Below, piece after piece: positions 1 to 10,000 of a stretch of DNA of 64,000 nt. Each line of letters begins with the position of its first letter. Position 1 is the stretch's first letter. Source of the DNA: an uncultured Acidobacteriota bacterium (GTDB lineage Bacteria > Acidobacteriota > Vicinamibacteria > Fen-336). The position numbers and the translations under genes are program-made. Under the pieces are notes generated by a model. That model saw nothing but the letters and a program-made list of their open reading frames with translations, made no database searches and was not told the DNA's origin. The DNA lies in the NCBI GenBank assembly GCA_963847655.1, contig CAWKAS010000002.1:513729-577728 (forward strand), in the 5' to 3' direction.

Positions 1-1
1 G

Positions 2-262
2 GAGCTGCTCGGGTGCTCCGAGGACGAGTGCGCGGGCCACGCCGTCGCCGAGTTCTTCATCGAGCGGCGCGTCGCCACCGACATCCTCGGCCGCCTCCGC
101 CACCGGGAGGCGGTGAACGGCTACGAGGCGGGCCTGCGGAGGAGGGACGGCGCCGTCCGGCGGGTGCTGATCGGGGCGAACGGCCTCTTCCGGGACGGCC
201 GCTTCGTCCACGGCCGCTGGGTCGTCCGTGACATCACCGCGCTCCTGGAGAGGGAGGCAGGC
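2..262 (+). CDS. PAS/PAC sensory domain, 5'-truncated by the window edge; reads in a different frame from the kinase core downstream
   Basis: Frame-2 translation ELLGCSEDECAGHAVAEFF...NGYEAGLRRRDGAVRRVLIGANGLFRDGRFVHGRWVVRDITA looks like a PAS/PAC fold. This frame has no stop until 1498, so it can only join the HisKA part through a frameshift near 250-290. Confidence 0.5.
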
Positions 263-1436
263 CGTGACGCATCGAGCCGTGGACGCGAGCCGCCTCAAGG
301 ACGAGTTCCTGGCGCTGCTCTCCCACGAGCTGCGGACGCCTCTCGGAGCGATCCTGGTGTGGCTCGGCCTCCTTCGCCAGGGCGGATCCGATCCCGCCGA
401 GACCACCCGCGCCTTCGAGATCATCGAGCGCAGCGCCCGCACCCTGGAGCGCATCATCGAGGACCTGCTCCACGCGTCGCGCATCGCCGCCGGCGGGCTC
501 ATGCTCAGCCCGCAGCTCGTCGATCTTCGAGGTGTGGTCCAGGTGGCGCTCGACACCGCGTCGGGAGACGCCGCGATCAAGGGGTTGGCCCTCACCGCGC
601 CGCGTGCGGAGGTGCCGATCTGGGTGATGGGGGATCCGGGCCGGCTGCAGCAGGCCGTGTCCAACCTGCTGTCGAACGCCATCAAGTTCACTCCGGCCGG
701 TGGCCGTGTCGGGGTGTCCCTGGACACGGCAGACCAGCGGGCCCGACTGTGCGTGACCGACACCGGGGAGGGGATGAGCCCCGCCTTCCTGCCTTTCGCC
801 TTCGAGAGGTTTCGCCAGCAGGACAGCACGAGCACCCGCGCCCACCACGGTCTCGGCCTGGGCCTGTACGTCGTCCGTCACGTGATCGCTCACCACGGCG
901 GCGTGGTGAGCGCGGACAGCCTCGGCCCGGGACGGGGCAGCACGTTCACGGTGCTCTTGCCGTTGGCGGCGGCGCCGGGAGAGACCGCGAGCCCCCTGGG
1001 CGCCGAGCTAGCGGGGGAGGGGGAGGACCACCTTCGAGCGGGCCTCACCGTCCTCATCGTCGACGACGAGGCCGACGCGCGCGAGGCCCTGAGGCTGATC
1101 CTCCAGCAGAACGGCATGCTCGTCACGACGGCCGCCTCGGCGCGCGAGGCTTCCGAGCTGGTCGGGCGCCTGCAGCCCGACATCCTGCTCAGCGACATCG
1201 CCATGCCCGGCGAAGACGGCCTCTCCCTCATCCGCCGCGTGCGGATGCTGCCGCTCGACCGCGGCGGCCAGGTCCCGGCGATCGCGCTGTCGGCGTATGC
1301 CGGGGCGGAAACCCGGCGCCAGGCGCTCCTGGCCGGGTTCCAGCATCACCTGCCCAAGCCGGTGGACCCGGCCCATCTGCTCGCCGTCATTGCCACGATG
1401 ACCCGGACGGCGGGAGGCCGAAACGGGGAGCGATGA
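228..1436 (+). CDS. Hybrid sensor histidine kinase (HisKA + HATPase_c + C-terminal receiver). Plausible own start at GTG 264; otherwise it is the continuation of the PAS part after a frameshift.
   Basis: H-box LSHELRTPL; G-boxes DTGEGM and GLGLGLYVV; receiver LIVDDEADAREAL...LLSDIAMPGEDGLSL with the phospho-acceptor Asp and a downstream Lys. Confidence 0.8.
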   Translation: MTSPRSWRGRQAVTHRAVDASRLKDEFLALLSHELRTPLGAILVWLGLLRQGGSDPAETTRAFEIIERSARTLERIIEDLLHASRIAAGGLMLSPQLVDLRGVVQVALDTASGDAAIKGLALTAPRAEVPIWVMGDPGRLQQAVSNLLSNAIKFTPAGGRVGVSLDTADQRARLCVTDTGEGMSPAFLPFAFERFRQQDSTSTRAHHGLGLGLYVVRHVIAHHGGVVSADSLGPGRGSTFTVLLPLAAAPGETASPLGAELAGEGEDHLRAGLTVLIVDDEADAREALRLILQQNGMLVTTAASAREASELVGRLQPDILLSDIAMPGEDGLSLIRRVRMLPLDRGGQVPAIALSAYAGAETRRQALLAGFQHHLPKPVDPAHLLAVIATMTRTAGGRNGER

Positions 1437-1490
1437 GAGCGCCGCCAGGGCGCGGCCCCGATCGGGCCACGCCCCGCCGCCGCGATGGGA

Positions 1491-1643
1491 TCAGTTGAAG
1501 AGTCGTCGACCCTGGAGCAGGTTGAACACCAGCACGATGACCGCCACAACCAGCAAGAGGTGGATGAGCCCACCCATGGTGTAGGAGCTGACCATCCCCA
1601 GCAGCCACAGCGCGGCCAGGATCACAAAGATCGTCCAGAGCAT
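1491..1643 (-). CDS. Small (50 aa) membrane protein, lmo0937-family-like
   Basis: MLWTIFVILAALWLLGMVSSYTMGGLIHLLLVVAVIVLVFNLLQGRRLFN; strong RBS GAGGAGGAAAC directly before the ATG. The ORF-track protein is a spurious N-terminal extension of this gene. Confidence 0.6.
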   Translation of the reverse strand: MLWTIFVILAALWLLGMVSSYTMGGLIHLLLVVAVIVLVFNLLQGRRLFN

Positions 1644-1696
1644 GTTTCCTCCTCGGCTTCCGCCGGCTGCGCGTGCGGGCCAGCGCTGAAGTGAGC

Positions 1697-1712
1697 TGCA
1701 AGCGCTGTGCCA
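1697..1712 (-). promoter_or_regulatory. Sigma-54 (RpoN) -24/-12 promoter
   Basis: Minus strand reads TGGCAC-AGCGC-TTGCA, an exact match to TGGCAC-N5-TTGCA, about 55 bp upstream of the small membrane-protein start. It points away from the adjacent NtrC-type activator gene. Confidence 0.6.
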
Positions 1713-1819
1713 CGAGGTTTCGGCGACTGAAGGCCACGGCGGGGCGGGTAGGCACACACTTGCGGGCGCCTCAGGGGGCACCGCGCTGCACGCTGTAGAA
1801 TCTACAAGGAACTCGAGCC

Positions 1820-3205
1820 ATGGACGCTCCTGACGTGCCTCCACTCGCTCCGCAAGCGAAGGCGGCGGCCTCGCCCCGCGCGTTGATCGTCGACGACGAC
1901 CCGGGGTTCCTGCTCGGTCTGGCCGAGCTCGTCCGCCGCGAGGGCTTCACGGTGGCGAGCGCCGGCTCCCTGAAGCAAGCCCGAGAGGAGATCGCGGCGA
2001 ACCCGCCCGACATCCTGCTCGTCGACCTTCGCCTGCCCGACGGGAGCGGGCTCGACCTCCTCGCCGGGCTCGAGCCCGCCACGGCCCCCGAGGTCGTCCT
2101 CATCACGGGCGACGCGAGCGTCGAGACCGCGGTGGACGCGCTTCGCCGGGGCGCCATCGACTACCTGACGAAGCCCGTCGACTTTGCGCGCATCAAGATG
2201 GCGCTCGGCAACGTGACGCGCACGCTGGAGATGAAGGGCGAGATCGGAGCGCTGCGGGGCGAGCTGCGCAAGCTGGGCCGCTTCGGGCCGCTGATCGGCA
2301 CGTCGCCGGCGATGCAGGCCGTCTACGACCTGATCGGCCGCGTGGCCCGCACCGACGCCAGCGTCCTCATCAACGGCGAGACCGGCACCGGCAAGGACGT
2401 GGTGGCTCTCACCATCCACTCCCTGAGCGGCCGCAGCAAGGAAGCGTTCCTGCCCGTGAACTGCGGGGCCATCTCCGCGAACCTGATCGAGACCGAGCTG
2501 TTCGGCCACGAGCGGGGCAGCTTCACCGGCGCCGACCGCTCACACAAGGGGTACTTCGAGCGCGCTCACAGGGGGACCCTGTTCCTCGACGAGATCACGG
2601 AGATGCCCCTCGAGCTCCAGGTCAGGCTGCTGCGCGTGCTGGAGTCGGCCACCCTCACCCGCGTGGGAGGAAACGAGCCGATCAGGATCGACGTGCGCGT
2701 CCTCGCCGCCACGAGCCTCCGGGCCGAGGAGGCGGTGGCGGCGGGCAAGCTGCGCGAGGACCTGTTCTACCGCCTGAACGTCTTCCCGATCACGCTCCCT
2801 CCCCTTCGGGAGCGGGGGGAGGACGTCGAGCTGCTGGCCGAGCAACGCCTGAACGAGCTGAACGCGGCTTCGGGGACGGCGAAGCGCTTCACGCGGGCGT
2901 GCCTGGAGAGGCTCCGCCGGCACGGCTGGCCCGGAAACGTGCGCGAGCTGAACAACGTCGTGGAGCGGGCGTTCATCCTCGCCGAGGACGACGTCGGTGT
3001 CGACTCCCTCCCCCTCGGCGTGACCGAGGTCCTGCCCGCCTCGAGCCTCGTCATGCAGGTGGGGACCCCCATCGCCGAGATGGAGCGCCGCCTCATCCTC
3101 GCCACCCTCGATCAGTGCGAAGGCGACAAGAAGAAGGCTGCCGACGTCCTCAAGATCAGCCTGAAGACGCTCTACAACCGCTTGAACGAGTACAAGCCCC
3201 GCTGA
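1820..3205 (+). CDS. Sigma-54-dependent response regulator (NtrC/Fis family: REC + AAA+ sigma-54 activator + HTH)
   Basis: Receiver LIVDDDPGFLLGL...LLVDLRLPDGSGLDLL; Walker A GETGTGKD; GAFTGA-type loop GSFTGA; C-terminal Fis-like HTH KKKAADVLKISLKTLYNRL. Confidence 0.9.
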   Translation: MDAPDVPPLAPQAKAAASPRALIVDDDPGFLLGLAELVRREGFTVASAGSLKQAREEIAANPPDILLVDLRLPDGSGLDLLAGLEPATAPEVVLITGDASVETAVDALRRGAIDYLTKPVDFARIKMALGNVTRTLEMKGEIGALRGELRKLGRFGPLIGTSPAMQAVYDLIGRVARTDASVLINGETGTGKDVVALTIHSLSGRSKEAFLPVNCGAISANLIETELFGHERGSFTGADRSHKGYFERAHRGTLFLDEITEMPLELQVRLLRVLESATLTRVGGNEPIRIDVRVLAATSLRAEEAVAAGKLREDLFYRLNVFPITLPPLRERGEDVELLAEQRLNELNAASGTAKRFTRACLERLRRHGWPGNVRELNNVVERAFILAEDDVGVDSLPLGVTEVLPASSLVMQVGTPIAEMERRLILATLDQCEGDKKKAADVLKISLKTLYNRLNEYKPR

Positions 3206-3330
3206 ATCGTGCGGGCGAGGCTCGCGCGCTCCGCACGCGCAGTGGGGGGGCCATCCTCCTTCCAGCGGTCCTGCGGAGACCCGGCGGAGGAGCGCTCACC
3301 GCGCCGCGGCAATGGCGACCGCGCGTCGTC

Positions 3331-3462
3331 CGTGCCAACACCTACCTTCAAGCCGGCGCGGACGCGATCTTCTTTCTGGGTCTGAACAGCGAGGACCTGC
3401 TCAAGCGCGCCGTCGACGAGGTGAAGGCTACAGCTCGAACTTGGATCCGAGGTCTTCGTTGA
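3331..3462 (+). pseudogene. Short fragment resembling the PEP mutase / isocitrate lyase family (remnant)
   Basis: ANTYLQAGADAIFFLGLNSEDLLKRAVDEVKA resembles the ...EAGAD(A/M)IF... segment of that family. No N-terminal part is present. Weak. Confidence 0.3.
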
Positions 3463-3640
3463 ATTGACGAGCGACGGCTCGGTGATAAAGCCGATGACTC
3501 GCATCTCGGCTCCGCAGCGAACACACGAGCGGCTCCACTTCGTACACCCGCCGGATCAGGTTCGCCCAGCGGCGCCTCAGGGCCGCGCGCTCCGGCGGAG
3601 GCGGGACGGGCTCCTCCGTCTCGCCTGAGCCGTTCCCCTG
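3463..3640 (-). mobile_element. C-terminal remnant of a transposase (IS91/ISCR-like motif), split over two frames
   Basis: RRRWANLIRRVYEVEPLVC followed in another frame by MRVIGFITEPSLV. The pattern WAxLLxRVFxxDxLxC....MRxIAFI is typical of IS91-family TnpA C-termini. The central CxxCG segment is missing or frameshifted. Confidence 0.4.
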
Positions 3641-3729
3641 GAGCTGACCCTGTGCCTTGCGGCGCTGACCCCTCGCCCGGTTCGAGTATGGCGTCTCGGG
3701 TCCGGGATCTGCACCGGGACGTCCCACCG

Positions 3730-5001
3730 TCATCCAGTGGGGGCTGAACCGGCTAATTTGGCCAGCTTTCGCACAATCTCCAAGTCTTCCGGAAGTTCCA
3801 TCACCTTTTCCGCTCTGGCAAGCGCCAGGCGGGCATGACGTTTCGCGGCGTCCCGCAGCTCGGCATGCCCAATCGATGCCAGCGACGCCAGAGCCTTTTG
3901 CAGCCGCATCGCGACTTCAATGGAGCCGGCTCCGTCGCGAGCAATCGGTGTGAAGGCATCATCAAACATGTCGGGCAGGGATAGTTGGGGGACTGCCACG
4001 CGATCACAATCGGAAGTACGCAGGTCGCCTTCATCGACAGGCTCGCTCCACAGCGCAAAAAGCCGCACGAATGTGCCGACAATGTCGATTGCCGTACCGG
4101 GATCATTGACGGCTGGCGACAACGACCGACCTGCGATTTCAGAAAGAACGATGAAACCGAACCGGGGGTCCTGATCGAATTGCCTGTTATCTCCGACCAG
4201 GAATGCCTTTGCTATCTGACTCGTGTCGATATCGGACCAATCGCCCGAGTCCGAGGTCACATAGGCGAGGGCCCGACCCGGCGCCGAAAATGTTCCAGGC
4301 AGGGCCGCCACGGCGATTCGTGTCCGCGATTGTTCCGCATACCTCTGCAGCGCTGTGACATCCACCCGTTGTACATACCCGATCGTTCCACCATAGATGG
4401 CCTGACCCCCATCTTGATGTCGCCCCGCAGGGACTCCGCGCAGGGTGGGTGCGGCTCGTCTTCGCTGTAAAGCAGCAGCAGTCGCCGCCTCAACTTTATC
4501 GATGGTCCCCCCGAGGCGCCCAAGGCGTGCGATGCGATCCACCCAACTCACGAAGGTGACTATGATCATGGCGAGAATCATCAACGTCAGAACAAATAGC
4601 GCGAAACGACCTGCCATACCGTAATAGCCGTTCTTTAGAGCGATAAGCGCAACGATGCTGAAGATGAAGGCCCCGACAAAAGTCGAGAGGGCGTTCTGGG
4701 AAACGTCGTCGGAAATGACCAGCGAGAAGGAGCGCGGCGTTGCGGTATTGCTGGCCGAAGCATAGGCGGAGACCATCGATGCGACGGCAAAGGTGGCGAT
4801 CACCAACATGCTTGCGGACATGATGGCAAGCAGGGTTTCTATTGAGTCCTGGGTAATCGCCGGAACAAGCCTGCCGAGTTCGGGAATGTCCAACGTCTTC
4901 ACCAGGAATACAGTGACAACTGACAGCACACCCATGGCGAGTGGCCTGATCCAAAGCCGCTCGCTGATGCGACTTAGAGAGAACCTCAATCGATCCCCCA
5001 T
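3730..5001 (-). CDS. Membrane protein, DUF2254-like (N-terminal TM helices + soluble domain); lower-GC segment
   Basis: 423 aa; N-terminal TM helices, e.g. MGVLSVVTVFLVKTL and FVGAFIFSIVALIALKNGYYGMAGRFALFVLTLMILAMIIVTFVSW. Local GC is visibly lower than the surroundings. Confidence 0.5.
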   Translation of the reverse strand: MGDRLRFSLSRISERLWIRPLAMGVLSVVTVFLVKTLDIPELGRLVPAITQDSIETLLAIMSASMLVIATFAVASMVSAYASASNTATPRSFSLVISDDVSQNALSTFVGAFIFSIVALIALKNGYYGMAGRFALFVLTLMILAMIIVTFVSWVDRIARLGRLGGTIDKVEAATAAALQRRRAAPTLRGVPAGRHQDGGQAIYGGTIGYVQRVDVTALQRYAEQSRTRIAVAALPGTFSAPGRALAYVTSDSGDWSDIDTSQIAKAFLVGDNRQFDQDPRFGFIVLSEIAGRSLSPAVNDPGTAIDIVGTFVRLFALWSEPVDEGDLRTSDCDRVAVPQLSLPDMFDDAFTPIARDGAGSIEVAMRLQKALASLASIGHAELRDAAKRHARLALARAEKVMELPEDLEIVRKLAKLAGSAPTG

Positions 5002-5409
5002 TTCTTCACCTCATTCCTTCAACTGCGCATCGAGCTCTTCTTCGTACGCCTTTCGCTAGTCAAGCGGTGTCGGTGGTCCAGACCCTTGGCGAGGGGGCGA
5101 AGTTCCACCCCCACCTCCACGCTCTTTGTTCCCGGGGTGGGTGGACAGCCTCCGGGGAGTGGATCCCCTACCCTGTGTGGACGAAGCAGCGGCCGAGAAG
5201 CTCTTCCGACACGACGAGGAGCTGTTCGATGTGATCTCCGGCTACGAGGCACTGGTCGGGACGCGGCAGCAACCACGATGAATCAGCACGTGCCCACGCC
5301 CCGACGACGCATCGAACCATCCCTATGAGACGCTCCTCACGCACGTGTGCGCGAAGGGGAGCTCCGGTACCATGCCGCCGCTGCGTCGTCATGCGGGCGG
5401 AGACTTTCA

Positions 5410-5886
5410 TCAGGGTGTCGGCATGGGGTTCGTTTCCGACTCGACCCCCGGGGAGGCCTCGCCGAGCCCCTCGCGCAGGCGGGTCATCGCGCCGTGCAGC
5501 ATCTCGAGGGCGGCAGTGTCGTTCTGCGTGAGGGCGACCGTCAGGGAGTCCCGCTCTGCGGCGATGTCTTCGAGCATCTGTCGCGCGTCGTCCTGATCGG
5601 GCCGGCCGGCCTCCGCCCGCACCGAGTCGAAGAACGCGCTGGCCTTCCCCTGGGCGTCGCCGAAATTCCTCGCTTCCACCGTGACCAGCAGGTCGATGAG
5701 CTGCGACTGAAGGCCGTACAGCCGATTGCGCGCTTCCGCGCGCTCCAGGTTCGCCCTCATCGCCTGAAGGGCTGCCTCGCAGGCGACCCCCTCCTGGTGT
5801 TGAGGCCAATAGCCCGCGAGATAGGCGGCACCGATGGCCCCCAGGGTGATGATTCCCAACACGAGGACGACCAGCACTCGCTTCAT
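5410..5886 (-). CDS. Hypothetical protein with N-terminal signal-anchor/TM helix
   Basis: MKRVLVVLVLGIITLGAIGAAYLAG...; RBS GGAGAGGGAGACAC before the ATG. Confidence 0.5.
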   Translation of the reverse strand: MKRVLVVLVLGIITLGAIGAAYLAGYWPQHQEGVACEAALQAMRANLERAEARNRLYGLQSQLIDLLVTVEARNFGDAQGKASAFFDSVRAEAGRPDQDDARQMLEDIAAERDSLTVALTQNDTAALEMLHGAMTRLREGLGEASPGVESETNPMPTP

Positions 5887-6024
5887 GTGTCTCCCTCTCC
5901 GGCGCTCCGTGCAGGCTCGGGTCAGTCAGCTGATCAGAGCACGCTGCCGTGTGACGTCACTCCCGATCGCGGGGGCGGGGCGCGCCCGCTTCGAAGCGCG
6001 CGCCCCCGCGAACGAGACGGGCGT

Positions 6025-6306
6025 TCAGTGAACTCGGGCCAACCTGTTGAAGACGCCCAGCGACCGGAGAAGGCCGATCAACAGAGCCGCTCCGAGAACG
6101 GCGACGATCCAGGTCGCGGGCGCCGTGTTGGCGTGCACTCCCAGGGCATTCGCGACGTAGACGCCGAGAAACGACCCGAAGATGCCCACGACGACGTTCG
6201 CGAGAATCCCCATCTGGGCATTGGTCTTCATCACGATGCTGGCCAGCCAGCCGACGACGCCGCCAATGATGAGAGTCACTACCAGGCTTGTCGATGCGAG
6301 GTCCAT
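6025..6306 (-). CDS. GlsB/YeaQ/YmgE-family stress-associated small membrane protein (93 aa)
   Basis: MDLASTSLVVTLIIGGVVGWLASIVMKTNAQMGILANVVVGIFGSFLGVYVANALG...; RBS AAGGAG. The ORF-track version is an N-extended artefact. Confidence 0.7.
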   Translation of the reverse strand: MDLASTSLVVTLIIGGVVGWLASIVMKTNAQMGILANVVVGIFGSFLGVYVANALGVHANTAPATWIVAVLGAALLIGLLRSLGVFNRLARVH

Positions 6307-7066
6307 TCCTTTTAACTCCTTCACGCGCCCGCGTGACCGGGTCGAGGTTAGACCCGGCGGCAGCCGCTGGTCCCTATTACTGCAAGACACGAGCCAGCCG
6401 CCGGCCCTCCACGGACCGGTTCCGGAGGTCGGCTCGAACGGAGGCCAACGGTCCGAGGTGCTTCGGCTCACGGCCGAACGCTGTCTCGGCGAGCCGGGGA
6501 CTCGCGGCCGTCCGGGGGGTCGTCACTTCCCTTTTTCTACAAACCGCGCACATTCCTCTGCCTTCCGCGGGCCAGTCTGACGCGACTTCTTCCTGTGGCA
6601 TTCCGGGCACTTCACGGGCGCCGGACTGCCCTTCTGCCGGTGGCAGTCGATGCACCGTCCTGGTCGCGCCCCTGGTATCGTGGAACGCGCCCTCGAGGCT
6701 TGTCTTCATCGGGGGGACAGCGGCTCCTGCGGCCGTCTTGGATGGCGGCCGGTCGTGCAGGCGATGCCCTGCTTACTTGGATGGTCGAGTCCTACCTCGA
6801 GCTGGTTTGCGTTCCACGGTTGATCGCACTTTCGTTGAAGTTCAGCGTGCGCAGCATGCGCGAGCTCCCACGGTGCTCGGCGACGCGGAGAATCTCGCAG
6901 AAGGGCGGAGGATTGTCCTGCGGCAGCGGGCCGAGGCCGAGGTGGTCGAACGGGCCCGCACACCCGCACACCTGCGACACGTGAGGCGACCCCGGGGCGC
7001 GTGCTATCATGGCGCGACCTGGCCGCGCGGGCCGCTCCGGTCCCTCCACGGGCTTGTGAGGGGCTG

Positions 7067-10000
7067 ATGAAGCGGTGGCAGTGGCGTCGTCGTCCCCACA
7101 CTCCCGAGAAACCCCTGCGGGACGAGCTGCTCAGCATCGAGCGGCTCGAGGAGCGGGCCAAGGCCCTGGCCGCCCGCCTGACCGTCGATCCCGCGCCGCG
7201 ACGGAGCGCGCGGGACCTCTTCCCGCGCTTCGCCGACAACGCGCGCGTCCTGCGCGAGGCCTACCTCACCATGGCCGAGGACGTGCACAGGGGTGAGTTC
7301 GTCACGCCGGCCGTCGGAGTGGCTGCTCGACAACTACCACCTCGTCGCCTCCGAGATCCGCGACGTGCGCCAGAACCTGCCGCGGGGCTACTACCGCGAG
7401 CTGCCCAAGCTCGCCACGCGCGAGCTCGCCGGCGACGCGCGCGTCTACGCCATGGCCGTGGAGCTGATCCGCCACCGCGACAGCCGCCTCGACCGGCAGC
7501 AGCTCCTCCGCTTCGTGAACAGCTACCAGACGGTCGCGCCGCTCACGATCGGCGAGCTGTGGGCGTGGCCGAGCATGCTCAAGCTGGCGCTGATCGAGAA
7601 CCTGCGGCGCCTGGCTGAGGAGGCGACGGGTGCACGCGAGGCGCGCCGGGCCGCCGACCGCTACGTCGCGCGGATCGACGCCGCCGGGCACGGGCGGCCG
7701 CCGCCGCTCCCTCCGGAGATTCACCCCGCGTTCGTGGTGCAGCTGCTCCAGCGTGTGCGCGAGTACGGCCCGCGCCTCTCCGCGGTGCGCGCCGCTGTGG
7801 ACGCCCATCTCGTCACACGGCAGACGTCCGCGGAGGAGGCGATCCGCTCCGAGCATCGGCGCCAGGCGGCGGCACAGGTCTCCGTCGGGAACGTCATCAC
7901 CAGCCTCCGCCTCCTGCTCGACCCTCGACTGGAGCCAGTACTTCGAGTCGGTCAGCCTCGTCGAGGGCGTCCTGCAGCGCGATCCGGCCGCGGTCTACGG
8001 CAGCATGGACTTCCTCAGCCGCGACCGCTACCGCCAGGCGGTGGAGGACCTGTCCGACGGCACCGGAGAGGGGCAGCTCCGGGTGGCCCTGCGCACGGTC
8101 GAGAGCGCGCGCCAGGCCGCGGAGAGCGGGGCCTCGGGGCGCGCCGTCCACGTCGGCCACCATCTCATCGGGAAGGGGCGCGCCGATCTCGAGACCGACG
8201 TCGCGTACCGTCCCCGCCTCGTCCGTCACGCGCGACGCTTCCTCTTCGCCCACGCCACCGCCGTCTACCTCGGGACGATCGCTCTGCTGACCGCCCTTCT
8301 CCTCGGCCTCGGCTTCGTCTACGCACGGCAGCACAGCGGCTCGCCGTGGCCGCTGGCCTGGGTGGCGCTGCTCCTGCTGCTGCCCGCCAGCGACGTGGCC
8401 ACCGCCGTCGTCCAGAGCCTGTCCGTCCGCTTCGCCCCCCCGCGGCGGCTTCCCCGCCTCGACCTCCTGGGCGGGGTGCCGGAGAGCGCGCGGACCATGG
8501 TCGTCGTGCCGACGCTGCTGACGAGCGTCGAGAGGGTCGGGGAGCTGCTCGAGCATCTCGAGGTGCTGGCCCTCGGCAACCTCGACCCGCGTGTCCACTT
8601 CGCCGTCCTCAGCGACTTCACCGACGCCGCCGCGGGCGAGATGCCGACGGACGAAGCGATCCTCGGCGCCGCCCGCTCCGGGATCGAAGCCCTCAACGCC
8701 CGCCACGCCGAGGGGCGGAACGACCGCTTCTACCTCGTCCACCGCGTGCGGCAGTGGAACCCGCGCGAGGGCGTCTTCATGGGCTGGGAGCGCAAGCGCG
8801 GCAAGATCGAGGAGTGGAACCGCCTCCTGCGCGGAGCCACGGACACGAGCTTCCGGGTGGAGGCCGGCGACGTCGGCATCTTCCCCGCGGTCCGCTACTG
8901 CATCACGCTGGACTCCGACACGCGCCTGCCCCGTGACGCCGCGAAGAAGCTGATCGGCATCGCCGCTCACCCCTTGAACCGGCCCCACTTCGACGAGCGT
9001 CTCGGCCGCGTCACCGAGGGCTACGGGATCCTCCAGCCCCGCGTGAGCGTGACCATGGCGAGCGCCGCCGGCTCGCTGTTCGCACGGCTCTACGCCGGGC
9101 ACACCGGCGTCGACCCCTACACGACCGCGGTCTCCGACACGTACCAGGACCTCTTCGCCGAGGGGATCTTCACCGGCAAGGGGCTCTACGACGTGGATGC
9201 GTTCGTCGCCGCCCTCGAGGGGCGCGTGCCCGAGAACGCCCTCCTCTCGCACGACCTCTTCGAGGGACTCTACGCGCGCACCGCCCTCGTCACCGACATC
9301 GAGGTCGTCGACGACTACCCCTCGAGCGTCCTCGCCCACGCGCGCCGCCAGCACCGCTGGGTGCGCGGCGACTGGCAGATCCTGTGGTGGCTGTTCCCGA
9401 TCGTCCCGACGCGCTCCGGGCTGCGCCGCAACCGCCTGCCGCTCATCTCCCGCTGGAAGATCCTCGACAACCTGAGACGGAGCCTGATGGCGCCCGCGAC
9501 CGTGGCCCTGCTGCTGCTCGCCTGGACCACGCTGCCGGGAAGCCCGGCGCTCTGGACGGCCGCGGTCCTGGCCGCGCTCGCCTTCAACCTCTATCCGCTG
9601 GCTCTCAAGACCGTCGGCGGTCCACCACCGCAGCAGCCGTGGCGCGTGTTTCTTCGTGTCGTGAGAGAGGACGCGACCACGGCGTTGGCGCAGGCCGTCC
9701 TGCAGCTGACGTTCCTCGCGAGTCAGGCCTGGGAGAGGGTGCACGCGATCGGCCTGACGCTCGTCCGGCTGGGGGCCACGCAGCGTCGGATGCTGGAGTG
9801 GGAGACGGCCGCGGCGAGCGCCGAGCGGGGACGGCACCGCAACGGCGCCGCGCACCTTCGTGAGGGAGATGATCGCCAGCCCGCTCATCGCCCTGCTCGG
9901 CCTCGTCCTGGTGGCGCTCGCGCGTCCGGCCGCGCTCGCCGCGGCCCTGCCGGTGCTCGCTGCTGTGGGCCGCCGCTCCGCTCGTCGCCCACGCCCTGAG

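Noticed and set aside
113-1498. 461 aa ORF in the PAS frame spanning the whole kinase gene
   Set aside because: Low-complexity Arg/Pro/Gly-rich translation typical of an alternate frame in 70% GC DNA. Only its first ~50 codons (the PAS part) look real.
1730-1760. GGCACacacTTGCg upstream of the NtrC gene as a second sigma-54 promoter
   Set aside because: Lacks the leading T-G and the GG-to-GC spacing is one base short; not convincing.
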